Shown here piece by piece: positions 1 through 14,962 of a stretch of 64,000 bases of DNA. Source of the DNA: Eledone cirrhosa. Its lineage: Eukaryota. Below the pieces are notes generated by a model. The model was given only the letters and a program-made list of their open reading frames with translations. It searched no databases and was not told where the DNA came from. A program made the translations under genes and the position numbers. Every line of letters starts with the position of its first letter. Within the stretch, counting starts at the first letter, position 1. The stretch lies in the NCBI GenBank assembly GCA_964016885.1, contig OZ024740.1, positions 371,442,001 through 371,506,000 of the forward strand. The letters run 5' to 3'.

Positions 1-1142
1 GAGAGAGAGAGAGAGAGAGAGAGAGAGTGTGTGTGTGTGTGTTTATTCATTATTTTCCATTTATGGTACAGATTGATATAATTATGTAAGAAACCAAACT
101 ATAACGAATGAGTTAAGTTTTACATGATCAACTTGTTCACGTTGGGAAGGTCATATAGCCAATAATAACATAGGCACTTGTATTTCACTTCAGTTTTGTT
201 ATCAATCAATTAATTAGTCAATCTCTTTATCAATTAAATAATTATCTAATTGATTGATATGTCTGCATATTCATTGTTATCAGTACATTGCTAGATAAAA
301 TATAAAAAGATATCTATAGAATACACACAGTCTGAAACGATTTACTGAAGAAGCATCTACGTGGTATTACTACCTGCTAGAAATAGCAGCCAAATCTTCC
401 TCAATTGTCATCGTCGTACATTCCTAAAAATCGGTTGAATATAGTGGATAACTAAGTCTTGGATATAATACACGAAAAAAGAAAATAAGATGACCAAGTC
501 ACAGGTTGGACAATAAAGGTTTGACATTGAAATTCTTAGCATCAAGAAACCATCGGTTAAACAACCTCTAAATGAGGGTTCTGCATGAAACTAGAAACAA
601 AATGCTTTGAAAGATAAGTATACCTCTACAATATACTCATACATATAAACCGACAACACAACAGAAATAAACCGACAACTTCACGGAAATAAACCCCAGA
701 TAACAACAACATATAACACGTTAATTCAGCATTGCAATAATTATCTTTTGTCACACCCATAGTTCTGCAATGAATCTAAACTAAACAGCAAACGTAAAGG
801 CAAATTTTTCACACGTGAAATACACAACAACAACTAAAATATAAATGAAACAAAACGTCTAAACATGTTGCAAAACAGCACTAACTGCTTAAGATATCCC
901 CGTGACAATAATATCTTTCGTAATCACACATTACATGGCTATTATAAAAAAAAGACCCCCCCCCCCCCCAAGAAAAACAAAAAAACAAACAAACAAAAAA
1001 AACCACGTACAAGTCCAATACAGAGCTCATTAAATTTTTAATTCGTTAAGGCTAGAAAGACAAAACCAAGAAGTTGAACACAAAACATACCTATAATCCT
1101 GCATCCAGTACATACTACAAAAAAAATGACCATTAATAGAGA

Positions 1143-1311
1143 GCGGTTGATTGGCAGTATCGATAGAGAGTCGGACGCCATGCTTTGACGTATACGGCCC
1201 TTGCTATTCTGAGTTCAAATCCCGCCGAGGTTAACTTTGCCTTTCATCCTTACGGGGTCGATAAAATAAAGTACCAGTAATGCTGGCCTTGTGCCAAACG
1301 TAGAAACAATT
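1143..1311 (+). mobile_element. tRNA-derived SINE (main family in this window)
   Basis: Box-B-like GAGTTCAAATCCC, body CCTTTCATCCTTACGGGGTCGATAAAATAAAGTACCAG shared with many other copies; flanked by direct repeat ATTAATAGAGAGC (1132-1144, 1309-1321), consistent with a TSD. Confidence 0.85.
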
Positions 1312-2395
1312 AATAGAGAGCAACAACACACTCAAAATATAACCACCAAAATATAATTCAAACAACACGAAATGATATCACCAACAGTCTCAGTGAGTTT
1401 TAAGCCATAACTACAACTCAACATTAAAACCCAAACCTTCGTTAACGTAAACGACAATACACATAGCATATCCTGATACATAAAAAGCCAATACAACTAA
1501 CAAAGGGCGACACAATAACATGACTACTAAACTCACCTTACATAATAAACAACCTATACAAAAATTCTACACGCTGACTATAATATTAGTTTCTAGAAAT
1601 CACCCCCTGCTTACATCTCGTTACAACCACCACATCACAAACTGTTCCAACCATCTGCTACCGTCGTTATTAACAAAACTTTCCCAGCACATATCATCAA
1701 TAAAATAATTATAGAAGCTTCCAAAGAAACATACCCAACAAGACAGCGTAAAAAGAAATACAATCCCAATGAAGCCAACCTGATAAAAAATTGGAACAAC
1801 TTTAAGCATTGTAGACAAATACCACACGAAACAGAAATAAAATTAAGTATCGCGGAATTAATTAAGGAAATAACGAAGAAAAAATACTACACAGAAAATT
1901 GGGAAACTTTTATAGCATAAAACAAACTGTGAAACACGATACAAATAATTATCTGACAATGGCCACTCGTCATAATATCAATTTCAGATAGTAACTCGTA
2001 TACCACCAGCCAGATAATACACTTATCAATCATTTTTCGAAAATTAACGCCTAAAACCCATACAAAAAAAAAATACAGCCCTCATAGTGCTTCCATATAA
2101 ACAAACATCCACATTAACAAAGCTCGAGAAAAATTTTACAACAGAACTGCTATGTCCAATAAAACCTGAACAAAAATATATATGTACAAAACTAACAGCC
2201 CCGGCACCAGCAACACTGTTCAGAGTACCAAGAATAGGTTCAAGGGTGCAGTAGTGACACGTTCAAACCAAGTTCACCTAGCCTGCTTCTGTTGGGATCA
2301 CCACCAGAATATACACAGGGAGCCCCATAGTCTGTTCGATCAAGGTTAACTTAGGCAACGCACAATGAAGACAGCACGTGAAACGGTGGTTGTCA

Positions 2396-2588
<193 letters not shown>

Positions 2589-4675
2589 GTTCTATCCCTC
2601 TCACTGCTTTCCCCTCTCTCTTAATATATACATTATGATTCGTATACATGAAAATTATTGCGCAACCTCCCTCTCTTCCTATCTCCCACCTTCTCTCCTT
2701 TCCTCTCTCTCCCCTCTCTCACACATACATATGTTTTTATATATATTTATACGTATATCAGATTTTTCATTTCGAATTTCTTTGACAGCAAGACAATAAA
2801 CACATTTTTTTTCATACAGAATAAATTAATTTAGAAGATTTAGACTCATGTCTCCAGAAGCTGTTTGTCCAATAACTTATACAGCCTAAACACACTTCCC
2901 ACAAATACTCGCACATCTCCCTCACTCTCACTTTCTCCTCCTCTCTCTGTCTCTCTCTGTTTGTCTCTCCCCCTCTCTTATATATATATATGCCCCTACA
3001 CCCATACGTATAGTTAAACTTACAAACACACACATAGACGTACACAGACATACTTGTAGATACACACAAGTTCACAGAGATATATTTACATGGAAACATA
3101 CATGCATTCTTACACACATACACAGAAAAATCTAATTTTCTCCAAATCAATTGGCGTTGGCACTGCTGGTACAAGATTAATACTGTTTCAAAGCCATTAG
3201 GATCAATGGGTCGACCTGAGGGTATATTAGGAGACACTTCCTCAAAGTGCCACACAATGGAGTTTTACTGGTGTAAATGTATGCACGTTTACATGCGTAT
3301 CTGAATTTAGGCGGATGAGTGTATATGTTATTGTGGTATGTGTATGTATTAACGACATATCTGTATAGATTTGTGAACGTATATATAGTTTTAATTTTGA
3401 ATTCATTTTTATATATGTATTTGTGTGAGAGTATGCCTGGATGTGTGCGTTTGTTGGTTTGTATGTATTCGTTAGTTTTACAAATATACACATATACATG
3501 AGAAGATTCTAAACCGCATAGGAAAGGCTTCTGACTCCTTTGGATAGCTAAGAAGGATTTGTTTTAAACAATCATCTTAGTGTAGCGGTGTATATGAAAG
3601 GTTATACTACATGTTTATGTATACATATGTCTAGTTATGAATATTTTAAGCTGGCATCATGTCACTGCTAGTTCAATAGCCGCGTGAGAACGCCTGACAC
3701 GTTTAAGAATGTTTACCTTTCATCGGTGATGTTTACTCTCTCGATACTAAGACAAGAATAACCTATAGCTTATATATGTTTTGGCGTTAAAAACATCTGC
3801 TAAAGATATGCATTTGCATATAGTGCGAGCTTGGATGGCTGGGATTAATTAACAGTAGCACTAACATAACATGATTCATAATAGAGCTCGATATGAAAAC
3901 ATAAATGGTATATCTACGTTTAATAAACACACAATTTTCGCTATGGATGTTTTAAGCTGTAATCATGTCACTGCTACCTCAGTATTCTTCTTAGTCTCCA
4001 TGAAAAGGATGTTATATAGCGAACACATTAAGACGCTAGATGTATTTCACATCGGGTGTCTCCTGATAATAATTTCAGTCACTTAACGAGATAGAATTCT
4101 AATTAGCATTAAAAGGCGAAGCGAGAAAAGAAATATAGAAGCATAGTTACACCTGATCTTTGAACCTTGTATTTGTAATTAAAACTGCGCATCAAAGATT
4201 GGAATATATTTTCATCGGAAGACCTACAAATGGTCACGATTCGGATTCGATGAACACCTATAGCAAGTGTGCACTGTGTATATATGTGTGTGTGTGTCAC
4301 TGCGGTATGTGCTAGCTTATGATTATAGTACGTGGTTATACATTGCTGTTAATATATGTAAAAACGTATGTTTATGGCTTAGTGAGCAGAGAAAGAAAAC
4401 AGTGCCTATAACTTTTTTTGCAGTAACATAAGAAAATGAGATAAAGAAATTGCAATAACGGGCTACCCTCAGTTTGAATGTTTGTAACAGAGCAAACTTC
4501 GATAAAGGCACCCGAGGATGAGGTTACAGAGTAAATCTACACCCAAAGCGAATGTATAGTCCTTCTGACGAGCCTGAGCCGGCCCAAAGCTATAGAAGGA
4601 GACACTTTCCCAAGGTGCCGCGCAATGGAAACAAACAAATAAAAACGCATCTGCGAAATCCAGTGGTAGAGACAA

Positions 4676-5060
4676 AGATGATGATGAAGATGTTGATGAT
4701 GATGACGATGATGATGATATTTAGCTCTATGGCAACCCATATTAAGTACATCAATAACCAAGGGAGTTCTAGTTGTGACCATCCATTTCCTTTTCAGGTA
4801 TAATATATAAGTACTTCGCGATCCAATATGATCATCTTTTAAAGATGGAGGTAGGATGATATTCAATGGGGATTTGACTGCTTTTTCTATCAGATCAGGT
4901 GAACTCCACTCTTTAGCTGGATGTCTTGCGTCATTGTAGATGGGTATGACCGAATCCTTAGTGTATCGGGAAATGTTTGTCATGAAGTCAGCAGTTCATA
5001 TCATATTACCAGTACTGTATGGCATTCGAGGTGAAACGTAGTTCACCTTTCTGTAGGTGG
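4676..5060 (-). mobile_element. Possible decayed LINE 3' end with (CAT)n tail
   Basis: Minus-strand coding-like stretch (PDLIEKAVKSPLNIILPPSLKDD) ending in a (CAT)n tract; no diagnostic motif seen. Confidence 0.3.
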
Positions 5061-5994
5061 GTTCAATAGGCTAGTAACAAATTGATAACATTTTATAGAT
5101 ACTACGAAACTGAATGTTTCTTTAGCTTAATGTGCAAAGTTCAACGCCTAATGGGGTCATGCTGTAACTGGTCTAAATATGGATGGTCTCTGCTAACCTG
5201 ATTTACCAAACACTTAGTTTATATTTTGCAAGTGCTACTTACAGTATCGTAACCATCCTGGGATATCGCTTCTTATCAACCTGAACATGATGAAAGACTT
5301 GGATACTGTTTGAACTTAGAATGTTACAGGAAAGACAGAATCAAATAGTACAAAATATATTGTCCGATGCTCTACGGATTCCGTAATCCACCTGTTAAAT
5401 GAAGACAATTTAAAAAAAAATCTGTGCCCTAACCACACAAAGGAGCTGAACTAATGATTCATGTGCTGCCTGTTCAAAAACATCTTATTTACTTGACCAT
5501 TTCATCTTCACTCTCCTGTCTCTGAAACACACTCTCCGTCTCTCAGTCCTTTCCTTTATATTTCACACACACACACTCATTATCTAAGAGAAACTAAATT
5601 TCGACCAAAAACATTTGGTATTGCTACAAGATTAATGACATCTTGGTATTGAGGCGTATTCATTAGGGTTATGAAAATCACAATGATTGATGTTCTTAAT
5701 CAATGCAAAAAGAAAAAAAGAGAACAAACCAAAAATCTCATTTATTCTAAATCGGTAATGTATTCAGATTGCAACAAAAATAATTGAAATCAGTCATCTA
5801 ACTTGTAATAGAACCAAGTTATTAAACATCTTTTCACTATTTTTAATGCGGAATATCAATGTATGTGATTACATTAAAAAAATATAAATTTCAAAACGTA
5901 ATATATACATGGACACATATGTATATGACTATTTGTTTACCGCTCAAAGTGGACACTGTATTTTTTATGTTGACTGGTGAATAATAAAGACAGT

Positions 5995-6140
5995 GAAATG
6001 CTGGAGTCGTCAAAGCATCGGATAGTATGACTTGCGGTATTCGTTCCGGTTCTCTGCGCCCTGAATACAAATCTCACCGTGGTCAACTTTGCTTTTCATG
6101 ATATCGAGGCCGATAAAAAGGTACCAGTCCAGTACTTGGG
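5995..6140 (+). mobile_element. Diverged tRNA-derived SINE (second subfamily)
   Basis: AACTTTGCTTTTCAT...CGATAAAAAGGTACCAG body; similar to 50425-50565. Confidence 0.6.
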
Positions 6141-7000
6141 TTGATTCTTCCTCTATATCTTTTTTTCACATCTTCATATTTTTATCCTCACTCATTTTCT
6201 GGAAAAAAATCATTTGTAATGAAACCCAGAGTGGGGTGGGCTCCGCTAGGGTTAAAATGTCCAAGAAACGTTGAATGTCACTACAACGCAGCCTGGGGAG
6301 TTACGAGTTCATGCATATTAAATGATTACAGAAACAAATATTTGTTTCGGCAGACAGTTTGTTAGTAGTACATATATTTTCATTTGTTCTTTCTACTTTC
6401 TGTTTTCACTTTATGGGTTATGGTATAGCCCTGAGTAATATACATATATTTATTTATAATAATTATTCGGTGAGCTATGCTTTACTTAGAACAGATCAGA
6501 TGTACTCTGTTAAGTTCTTATGAATTATAAATTTGAGAGTGTTTTCCACATTTTATTTTTATTAATTCCTTTTCCATATTTCCTCTTAAATTCTTTGCAT
6601 TATGTTTGACACAGTAAACTTACAAAACCCTGTGTATATGTGTGCATGCGTATTGTATATTCATATACATTCTCCACTTTCTCTTTTCCTTATCTCTCGT
6701 TGTACACACACCCATGCGCACATATTCATTCAAAACCGAAGTCTCAATCCGTCGAAACTCTGAATTTCCTCTTCCTGGCATGTTCTACAAGGTAACCGAA
6801 GAATGTACAATTTGCAATATGTATACGCACATATATAATAGTTTGTATGTATTGATATATGTATAAATACATGTGTATGTACATACATACATACATGCAT
6901 ACACACGTATATACCTAGTTGGTGTCTAAATTTCAATGAAAGAGACTCTGTTGATGAAAATTTATATATTATTAAAGCCAGAAGAACATTTACTCCTCCC

Positions 7001-7019
<19 letters not shown>

Positions 7020-7084
<65 letters not shown>

Positions 7085-7118
7085 CGCGTGTGCGTGTGTG
7101 CGTGTGTGTGTGTGTGTG
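7020..7118. repeat. (TG)n microsatellite
   Basis: Direct reading. Confidence 0.97.
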
Positions 7119-7539
7119 TACATACATACATGAATATGCTTTTGTTCATTTGCTCTACATATTTTTCGCGTGTAACTTTACTATTTATTACTACTGCAAC
7201 ACTACGCGCTCTTTCTTTGAATAACTATCCGTTTTCTTACCAGCGCAGCATCTCTCTCTCTTTCTCTCTCTCTCTCTCTGGTCTATTTTTATGAAAATAT
7301 ATTTATATCACCCTCTTTCTGGCATTACTATTTGCACAACTTGTTTGCACTGTATATTGTACCAGTTGAAAGACACTTGTCCCCAGTCTCTATGTTTTTA
7401 TGTTGTCCTATATGCGTCTTTCTGGTGGCTTGTTCTAAGCTGGTGCGCAACCTGGCCTCAATATTATGTAATACCACCCTTATGCACGAAATTGCATTGC
7501 AAGGGGGCTGAAGAAGAAGTTGATTTCTTTCTTTTGTTG

Positions 7540-8450
7540 AATGAGGCAGAAGGTGTGCTTGTTCTTACTTCTATAATGATTTCTCAACACTCTGTAGGCT
7601 CGCCAGTTCGCGCCTCACTAGTCTGGAGCGCCTGCCCTTCATCTTCTTGTGGAAGGGATAGGTTCCACTTGTCATACGCTTCATCTGATGCCAACACCAT
7701 TTGCGCAGAGGACTCGGGATGCTGAATATGCGCAGACATGCACTGAGGCTACGGCATCTGCATATATTCCTGAACGGTGAACAGGTGTGATTGTCCTTTG
7801 TCAGGCTCCTCTTACCATAAGTCTTCTCCTTGAGCGCAAACACCTGGAATGTTGCTAGGCGCTCACAACTATCTATCAATCGGACATTGCAGTCAGTAGA
7901 AATTCCACATTAGCATTCGATTGAGTACTTGCGGTGGGCTAGTGTGACGACGTTCTCGGAGAAACTCTAGGCGTCGACATGAACACACTAACCAGTTTCT
8001 TCCGAAGAACTTTCGGTCAAGGGACTATGAACAATTTCTATAAATCCCTGGCTTGTCAGTGCTACAGGGGAGCACGGCAGGTTCGAGACAAACTACGGGC
8101 ACAGAAGTTCTATCTGATGGACCAGTCCGAGACGAGCACAGAGCGCTGAAACCGTTTACACACACTCGTCCTATGTCCAGGCATTGCTGACTTATAGAAT
8201 TTTGTCAAATAGCTATTATCTCGTATGAAAGGAATCTGGCTATCGACTGAATCCATTGTAACGATCACTCCACCACCTTCTTTTGGCCGGGAAGAGCAAA
8301 CAGTTTTCTCTGTTTGGAAAGGAAGGTGAGGGTGGTGAAGAAAGTGCTCCCCCCCAATACATTTGTTAAAAGGTGGGGAATGTAGCGAAAATGGCCGGAG
8401 TGAGCATGCGTCTGTAGGCTGAATAGTTCATAGAGGTGGGGGGGGGGGGG
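7540..8450 (+). mobile_element. Tx1/L1-like LINE ORF2 C-terminal fossil
   Basis: Manual translation across frameshifts gives VPLVIR...GLGM, MRRHALRLRHLHIFLNGEQV, NNFYKSLACQCYRGARQVRDKL and a degenerate zinc-knuckle ETV..H..VLCP; boundaries approximate. Confidence 0.6.
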
Positions 8451-8659
8451 CATTTTCCTATTGTGGTTTTGGCGATTATGGTCATTTAGAATATGTGGGG
8501 TTCCTAAATATCCCTAGGTAATGCTCCTCCACCATTGGGGAATTCTGTTGTTTCAATTTATTGCTTTTGTTACTTGTTTTCTTTGTCTACACGATTAATT
8601 ATGTAAATCCTCACTGTCCTTATCCATTTGCATTGTACTTTGTTCTTCGGTGCTAGTAA

Positions 8660-9206
8660 CTAATAATGAGAGGGGAGTGTAAGAAACAGAGAGGCAAAGT
8701 AAACGGTGGGTTGGATACACTATGTATATGTGTCAGTGTAGAGACATGTGTGTGTGTGTGATATGTGTGGAAATAAGAGGGGAAGTAAAGCAATAACTAT
8801 TAACATGTGTGCGTGTGTATGTACGTGCGCGTATGTTTATGTGTGTGTGTGTGTGTGCGTGCAGCGTTCCACAGAAAGTAAAAACTATCAACATGTGTGT
8901 GTGTGCGCGTGTATGTAAGTGCACGGGTGCGTGAGTAAGTTTGCATGCGTGCGCGCGTTTCCATGCGTGTATGTGTGTGTATGTGCGGCGTTCCACAATC
9001 GCCACGCAGTTTATCTGTCTGTGTGCCTGTCTGTCAGTCTAACATACACAGAGTTGTGAAGGGAGTAAATAGGGATCTTTTTTTTTACATTGACGGACAT
9101 CTTTTATATTTATTATTGTGTCATTTTTTGACAATTGCTCGAAACGAATACTGATAATAAAAGCAATTCATCTGTTTACCGGGCGAAGCTGGGTACGCCA
9201 GCTAGT
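8660..9206 (+). mobile_element. Non-autonomous Helitron, copy 1 of tandem pair
   Basis: 3' end with GC-rich hairpin-like CCGGGCGAAGCTGGG then CAGCTAGT; body duplicated at about 9330-9715; 5' boundary uncertain. Confidence 0.6.
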
Positions 9207-10073
9207 CTATATATTAATTTCAACAATGTCATTATTCCGTGTGTCATAATTCTCGATTATCATTGGTTCATAGGTTTCAAACGACTCCACCCACCTCAAC
9301 GACGCCAAACTTAAATTAATAAGCATAATGCCAGTGAGGGAGAGAGAGGGGAGAGAGAGGCAAAGTGAACACTATGTATATGTGTTAGTGTAGAGACGTG
9401 TGTGTGTGGAAATAAGAGGGAAGGAAAGCAATAACTATTAACATGTGTGCGTGTGTATGTACGTGCGCGTATGTTTATGTGTGTGTGCGTGCGTGCAGCG
9501 TTCGACAGAAAGTAAATACTATCAACATGTGTGAGTGTGTAAGTTTGCGTGCGTGTGCGCGTTTCCATGCGTGTATGTGTGTGTACGTGCGGCGTCCCAC
9601 AATCGCCACGCAGTTTATCTGTCTGTGTGCCTGTCTGTTAGTCTAACATACACAGAGTTGTGAAGGGAGTAAATAGGGACCTTTTTTATATTAATGGGCA
9701 TCTTTTATATTAATTATCTATATCTATATCTACATATATAAAAGATTGGAACTTCCATCATCCATTTTGAGAAATGTGGAACAACCACGTCTATGCAATG
9801 ATACACGTTTTACAGTCAGGCAGAAGATGAGCCATCTCCTAGAGGTCACTATTCTAGGTGGGAGCACCTAGAATTGTTCATATACTATGCACAAACGGTA
9901 CAACGATGAATCTGGTATATCTGGAAGATTTCTTTTACTGTTTTTTGTATCACACAGACACCACGGACTCGCCTCATACTGTAACCAGACAAACATCCAA
10001 TACAGTCATTTTCTCTTTTACCTGTCTTCTCTTATCATCTGTTTACCCGGGCGAAACTGGGTACGTCAGCTAG
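9206..10073 (+). mobile_element. Non-autonomous Helitron, copy 2, with Pif1-like helicase remnant
   Basis: Starts TCTATAT directly after the CTAG of copy 1; ends CCCGGGCGAAACTGGG...CAGCTAGT; about 9763-9820 reads ILRNVEQPRLCNDTRFTV (RepHel LLRN...LCNGTR motif). Confidence 0.65.
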
Positions 10074-10316
10074 TATAATATAAATTCTAGAAAGTTCAAA
10101 ATATCTCACGATTATAAATAATATTCCTATAATTGTCTACACACAGACTGAAACTAAACATTAATATATGTCTATTTATATTTATATATGTATATATACA
10201 ATATATAGATTTACATATACATAAACTAGACAGAGCCACAGATATATAGGAAATACTGTATATATTTTATCAAATGATTCTATGGACGTACTTTTTTGTA
10301 TATGTGTATATATATG

Positions 10317-10459
<143 letters not shown>

Positions 10460-10502
10460 TAATTCAAAATATTAACAAAATAGATATTCTTGTGATCAAT
10501 TA

Positions 10503-10569
10503 TATTTTATTATACATATTTCAGAGGTACTGAGTTAAGTTCAACAGTATGTCCTCATCAGATAAAATA
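10503..10569 (-). ncRNA. Minimal type I hammerhead ribozyme motif
   Basis: Minus strand: TATTTTAT-CTGATGA-stem II-GAAA-TATGTA-TA-ATAAAATA; 8-bp stem I. Confidence 0.75.
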
Positions 10570-10875
10570 AATGATACATGACATACCCTGACATAGTAGA
10601 TGGTTAAGATTTAGTCATGGTAGTGATTAACTTATCACAAAACTCAATATTTATACCCTAATATTGAGAACATGAGATAACATAATACAAACAATAGAGA
10701 GGGTGCGTGTAATAGAGTTTAAGAAATACATGGCATCAATATATTAGTTAAAAAATATTTTTTAATTTTTAAAAACTTCTGGAGAAAGAGGAGGGAAAGG
10801 AAAGCATAGAGGAAGAAACAGTTGATGTGATAATATATTTAGTAGGTGGCTTGAAAAAACAGATGAAAGATGATT

Positions 10876-10877
<2 letters not shown>

Positions 10878-10947
<70 letters not shown>
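10878..10947. repeat. (GA)n microsatellite
   Basis: Direct reading. Confidence 0.97.
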
Positions 10948-10952
<5 letters not shown>

Positions 10953-11909
10953 GGAGTTATTTATGTTCAAGTTTATATACACAGATCTCCATATAAGCAA
11001 CACATGTCCAAAATAATATAGTTGGCGGTTAATTTTCAAAATATTTAATTTAAGTTATTTCAGGGTAATGAATAATATTTTAGGTTTTAAAAGTTAATAG
11101 GTATTTGTATTAATATTATAATATAATTATGTTCAATTTCTAAAATATTCAAATTTTATGAAAACAAATTTAAAGGATTTACGAAACATGTGAAAGAAAA
11201 TATCTATACTGCTTTTATAACTTCCCGAAGGTAATCTTTACCAAAATTATTTATAATATTGACAATAGTTTCTATAATATAATTTATAAAATAATTATAG
11301 TTATAATTATTAAAGAATTTATTGTTAAATAGTTTGAGTGCCTAAAGTATCAACCGGCCTTATAACTAAACATAAATAAGTCCGAATTTTCAACTATATA
11401 CATGTATTGATAAAAAAATACAAAGATTATAGTTTATTATTTGTTTATAATTGACGTGATACCTTTCAAATATATATAATATAATACAATAATGCAATAA
11501 TGCAATATAGTAAATAAGTTACTGAAAATATTGTTCAAAAATATATATAGTTAAAAATGTTGTTAAAAATAAATGTTTTATATCAATTATTTTCATCTAG
11601 TTGACATATACTATAAAGATATAAGTCAAAACTATATGAGTCCTAATGATAGGGGCTAGATACAAAATAAATATACAAATAAAAGGAAATGAATTGTTTG
11701 CGAAGCTTAAAGATGCCCGATATTAAAAATATATTATAAATGGAATAGGGTTTTAATATAGTATAGAAAAGATATATCTAAAATATTTTAGCAAATGTGA
11801 TATAAAGAGGAGCTAAATATTTGAAAAAGCCGAAGGTAATCTAAATTTAATTAAAATAAAATAAGATAAAATAAGTAAAATTAAATTATATTATATTATA
11901 TTAAGTAAA

Positions 11910-12096
11910 TGGTGGATTGGCAGTATCGGTAGAGGGTCGGACGCCATGCTTTCCAGCATAGTTACGTCCCTTTACGATATGAGTTCAAATCCCGCCGAGG
12001 TTGACTTTGCCTTTCATCCTTACGGGGTCGATAAAATAAAGTACCAGTAATGCACTGGGTAATTTGCTGGCCTTGTGCCTAAAGTTGAAACAATTA
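11910..12096 (+). mobile_element. tRNA-derived SINE, full length
   Basis: Family consensus; direct repeat ATTATATTAAGTAAATG on both sides. Confidence 0.88.
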
Positions 12097-12376
12097 TATT
12101 AAGTAAATGATTATATAAGTTCTACCTTCCAGGGAATATTAAACACTTATAACACTTATAACTTATTTTGAATTAATATTAATAACTCTGGAAAACCTTT
12201 TATTGTTGAGTGCTTCCAATCTATTGTAAAACTCATTCTTTGATGTATTCATTGAACCTTGTTTAACTTTTAAATATATATATATATAAAATAAAATAAA
12301 ATAAAATAAAATAAAATAAAATAAATAAGTCAAATGTTTAAAATTTGGCTTCGTTTATTACTGCTATATATATTTT

Positions 12377-12427
12377 TTGCTATATATTTCGGTGACAGCC
12401 ATCTTTGGCTGTGACCTCTTCAGACAA
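12377..12427 (-). ncRNA. Hammerhead motif (inverted arm, locally rearranged)
   Basis: TTGT-CTGAAGA-GGTCACAGCCAAAGATGGCTGTCACC-GAAA-TATA-TA-GCAA. Confidence 0.6.
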
Positions 12428-13246
12428 TCCGAATTATTGTGGTAGAGACGAGTACACATGTTGTTGAGGTGTTTAACTTTGTCAATACTCTGATATTCCC
12501 AGTTCCTGGTTGGATTGTTATTTCACTGAGGAACTGGAATCATATGAATTTAAACAAACGAATTTCAGCGTCAAAGGGCCTCTTATCTTCTCATTGGTCA
12601 GTTGTTAGAACATTCCCCAGTCAAAAGTCTATAGAAATTCGTTCTGGGGCAAGCCAATCTGTAGAGGTTGTTCTTGTTATTGTTAGGGACGTCCGACCTC
12701 TATTCTTATGTTGGTAGGGGTGTTGTTGTTGGAGTCAGCTAAAAAAAATGATAAAGTGGTAGAAGGAATAAGGTGGTAAAGGAACACAATAAAATAAAAT
12801 AATCAAATAAAATGTGTGTCTTATACCCATCTCAATGTTATAAAGATTTGTAAGGTCACTCTTCCCATTGGTCAGTTTTGAGAGCATTCCTCAGTCAAAA
12901 GTCTATAGAAATTCTTTCTGGGGTGAGGCTCCCTGTAGTGTTTGTGTTTGCTATTGTTAAGTACATCTGACCTCTACCCTTAATTTTGGAAGTGTTGTTG
13001 GTGTTGTGGTCAGTCTATGTCTTGCTACTGCTGACATTTAGAAGTATCTGTGTGTGTGTTTCTTCATCCCTCCTGCCACCGTCTCCCGTGGTGGTGGTGG
13101 TGGTGGTAATGGTGGTGGTGGTAATGGTGGTGGGGTGAGGGGTGGGGGGGGTTCTACCATGTATATGAAGAAATAGAAGGCAATAAAATGAAGAAAACAG
13201 AAAATAAATAATAAATAGAGAATAAATGAAAATTAATGAAAAAGTA

Positions 13247-13380
13247 ATGAAAATGAAAAATGAAAAATGAAAAATGAAAAATGAAAAATGAAAAATGAAA
13301 AATGAAAAATGAAAAATGAAAAATGAAAAATGAAAAATGAAAAATGAAAAATGAAAAATGAAAAATGAAAAATAAAAATG
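13247..13380. repeat. (TGAAAAA)n heptamer tandem repeat
   Basis: Direct reading; source of the FIFHFSF ORFs. Confidence 0.95.
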
Positions 13381-13816
13381 AAGATTCAAATAAAATAAAA
13401 TGTGTGTGTGCTATAACCAATCTCAAGGTCAGAAATATGTTGGATAAAGTGGTAGGAGGAACAAGATGGTAAAAGAATAATAATACCTTATTCCTTCTAC
13501 CACTTTATCCTTTTTTTGAGCTGACTCCAACAACAACACCACTACCAACATAAGAATAGAGGTCGGATGTACCTAACAATAACAAGAACAACCACTACAG
13601 ATTGGCTTGCCTCAGAACGAATTTCTGAGGAATGTTCTAACAACTGACCAATGAGAGGAGAAGAGGCCCTTTGACGCTGAAATTCGTTTGTTTAAATTCA
13701 TATGATTCCAGTTCCTCAGTGAAATAACAACCCAACCAGGAACTGGGCATATCAGAGTATTGACAAAGTAAAACACCTCAACAACATGTGTACTCGTCTC
13801 TACCACAATAATTCGG

Positions 13817-13871
13817 ACTGCCTGAAGAGGTCACAGCCAAAGATGGCTGTCACCGAAATATATATAGCAGT
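13817..13871 (+). ncRNA. Minimal type I hammerhead ribozyme motif
   Basis: ACTGC-CTGAAGA-GGTCACAGCCAAAGATGGCTGTCACC-GAAA-TATATA-TA-GCAGT followed by AATAAA. Confidence 0.85.
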
Positions 13872-14018
13872 AATAAACGAAGCCAAATTTTAAACATTTG
13901 ACTTATTTATTTTATTTTATTTTACATTTCTCCGGAGTAACCAAACCAACCTGCGCACTTCGTCGAGTGCTCCAATCTGCATACTGAGGTGTTGGTATAC
14001 AACCAACATATACTCAAA

Positions 14019-14021
<3 letters not shown>

Positions 14022-14070
<49 letters not shown>

Positions 14071-14119
14071 TATAGACATATATATGTATATATATAGACT
14101 ATAGACATATATATATATG

Positions 14120-14204
<85 letters not shown>

Positions 14205-14263
14205 TGTATATATATATATATATACAACCTTATATACGCGCACACACACACACACACATACAC

Positions 14264-14342
<79 letters not shown>

Positions 14343-14355
14343 TATATATATATAC
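14022..14355. repeat. Compound (TA)n microsatellite
   Basis: Direct reading. Confidence 0.95.
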
Positions 14356-14697
14356 ACGCATAAACTACTCTTTAAAACAATTGTTAGGTATTTATCGGGA
14401 AAACAGTTAAAACTGTCAAAGAGTAATATTATCTGGTTTTACAGATATTCATGGTTATTACATGCAAAGTTTGAAAACAAAAACATTTGAATGTTCTGTT
14501 AGATTATTTGTAAAACGTTCACGTAGAAATTGAATAATGTTACTTCTTATTGATATGTGTTTTGTTTTTGAATATTTGTGTTTCTTTGCTGCCATGTTTG
14601 ACGAAGGAAAAACTGGAGACTAAAAGTTATGTTTCACAATTTGTATGTTTTCTATAAAAGAAAATTATGGAGATACTTGACAATATTACACAGTCAT

Positions 14698-14752
<55 letters not shown>

Positions 14753-14817
14753 AACGCACGCACATATACCTATATGAATTTAGCCTCTCTCTCTCTCTCT
14801 GTATATATGTATATATA

Positions 14818-14913
<96 letters not shown>

Positions 14914-14962
14914 AATACATATACATATATACATATATACATATATACAATTATATATATAT

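Larger units (their letters stand above)
12290..14022. mobile_element. Non-coding fold-back PLE-type element with inverted HHR-bearing arms
   Basis: About 12330-12775 is the reverse complement of about 13485-13925; (TA)n on both sides; related sequence at about 45480-45735. Confidence 0.7.

Noticed and set aside
1143-1230. SINE heads as tRNA genes
   Set aside because: Only box-like motifs, no cloverleaf, and continuous with the SINE body
500-2270. A-rich, strand-biased stretch resembling an old LINE or PLE (similar stretches at about 11050-11800 and 20900-21900)
   Set aside because: No recognisable protein motif survives; cannot be assigned without a profile search
4561-4599. CCTT-CTGACGA-GCC..GGC-CCAAA..AAGG hammerhead-like string
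   Set aside because: GAAA is absent; at best a relic
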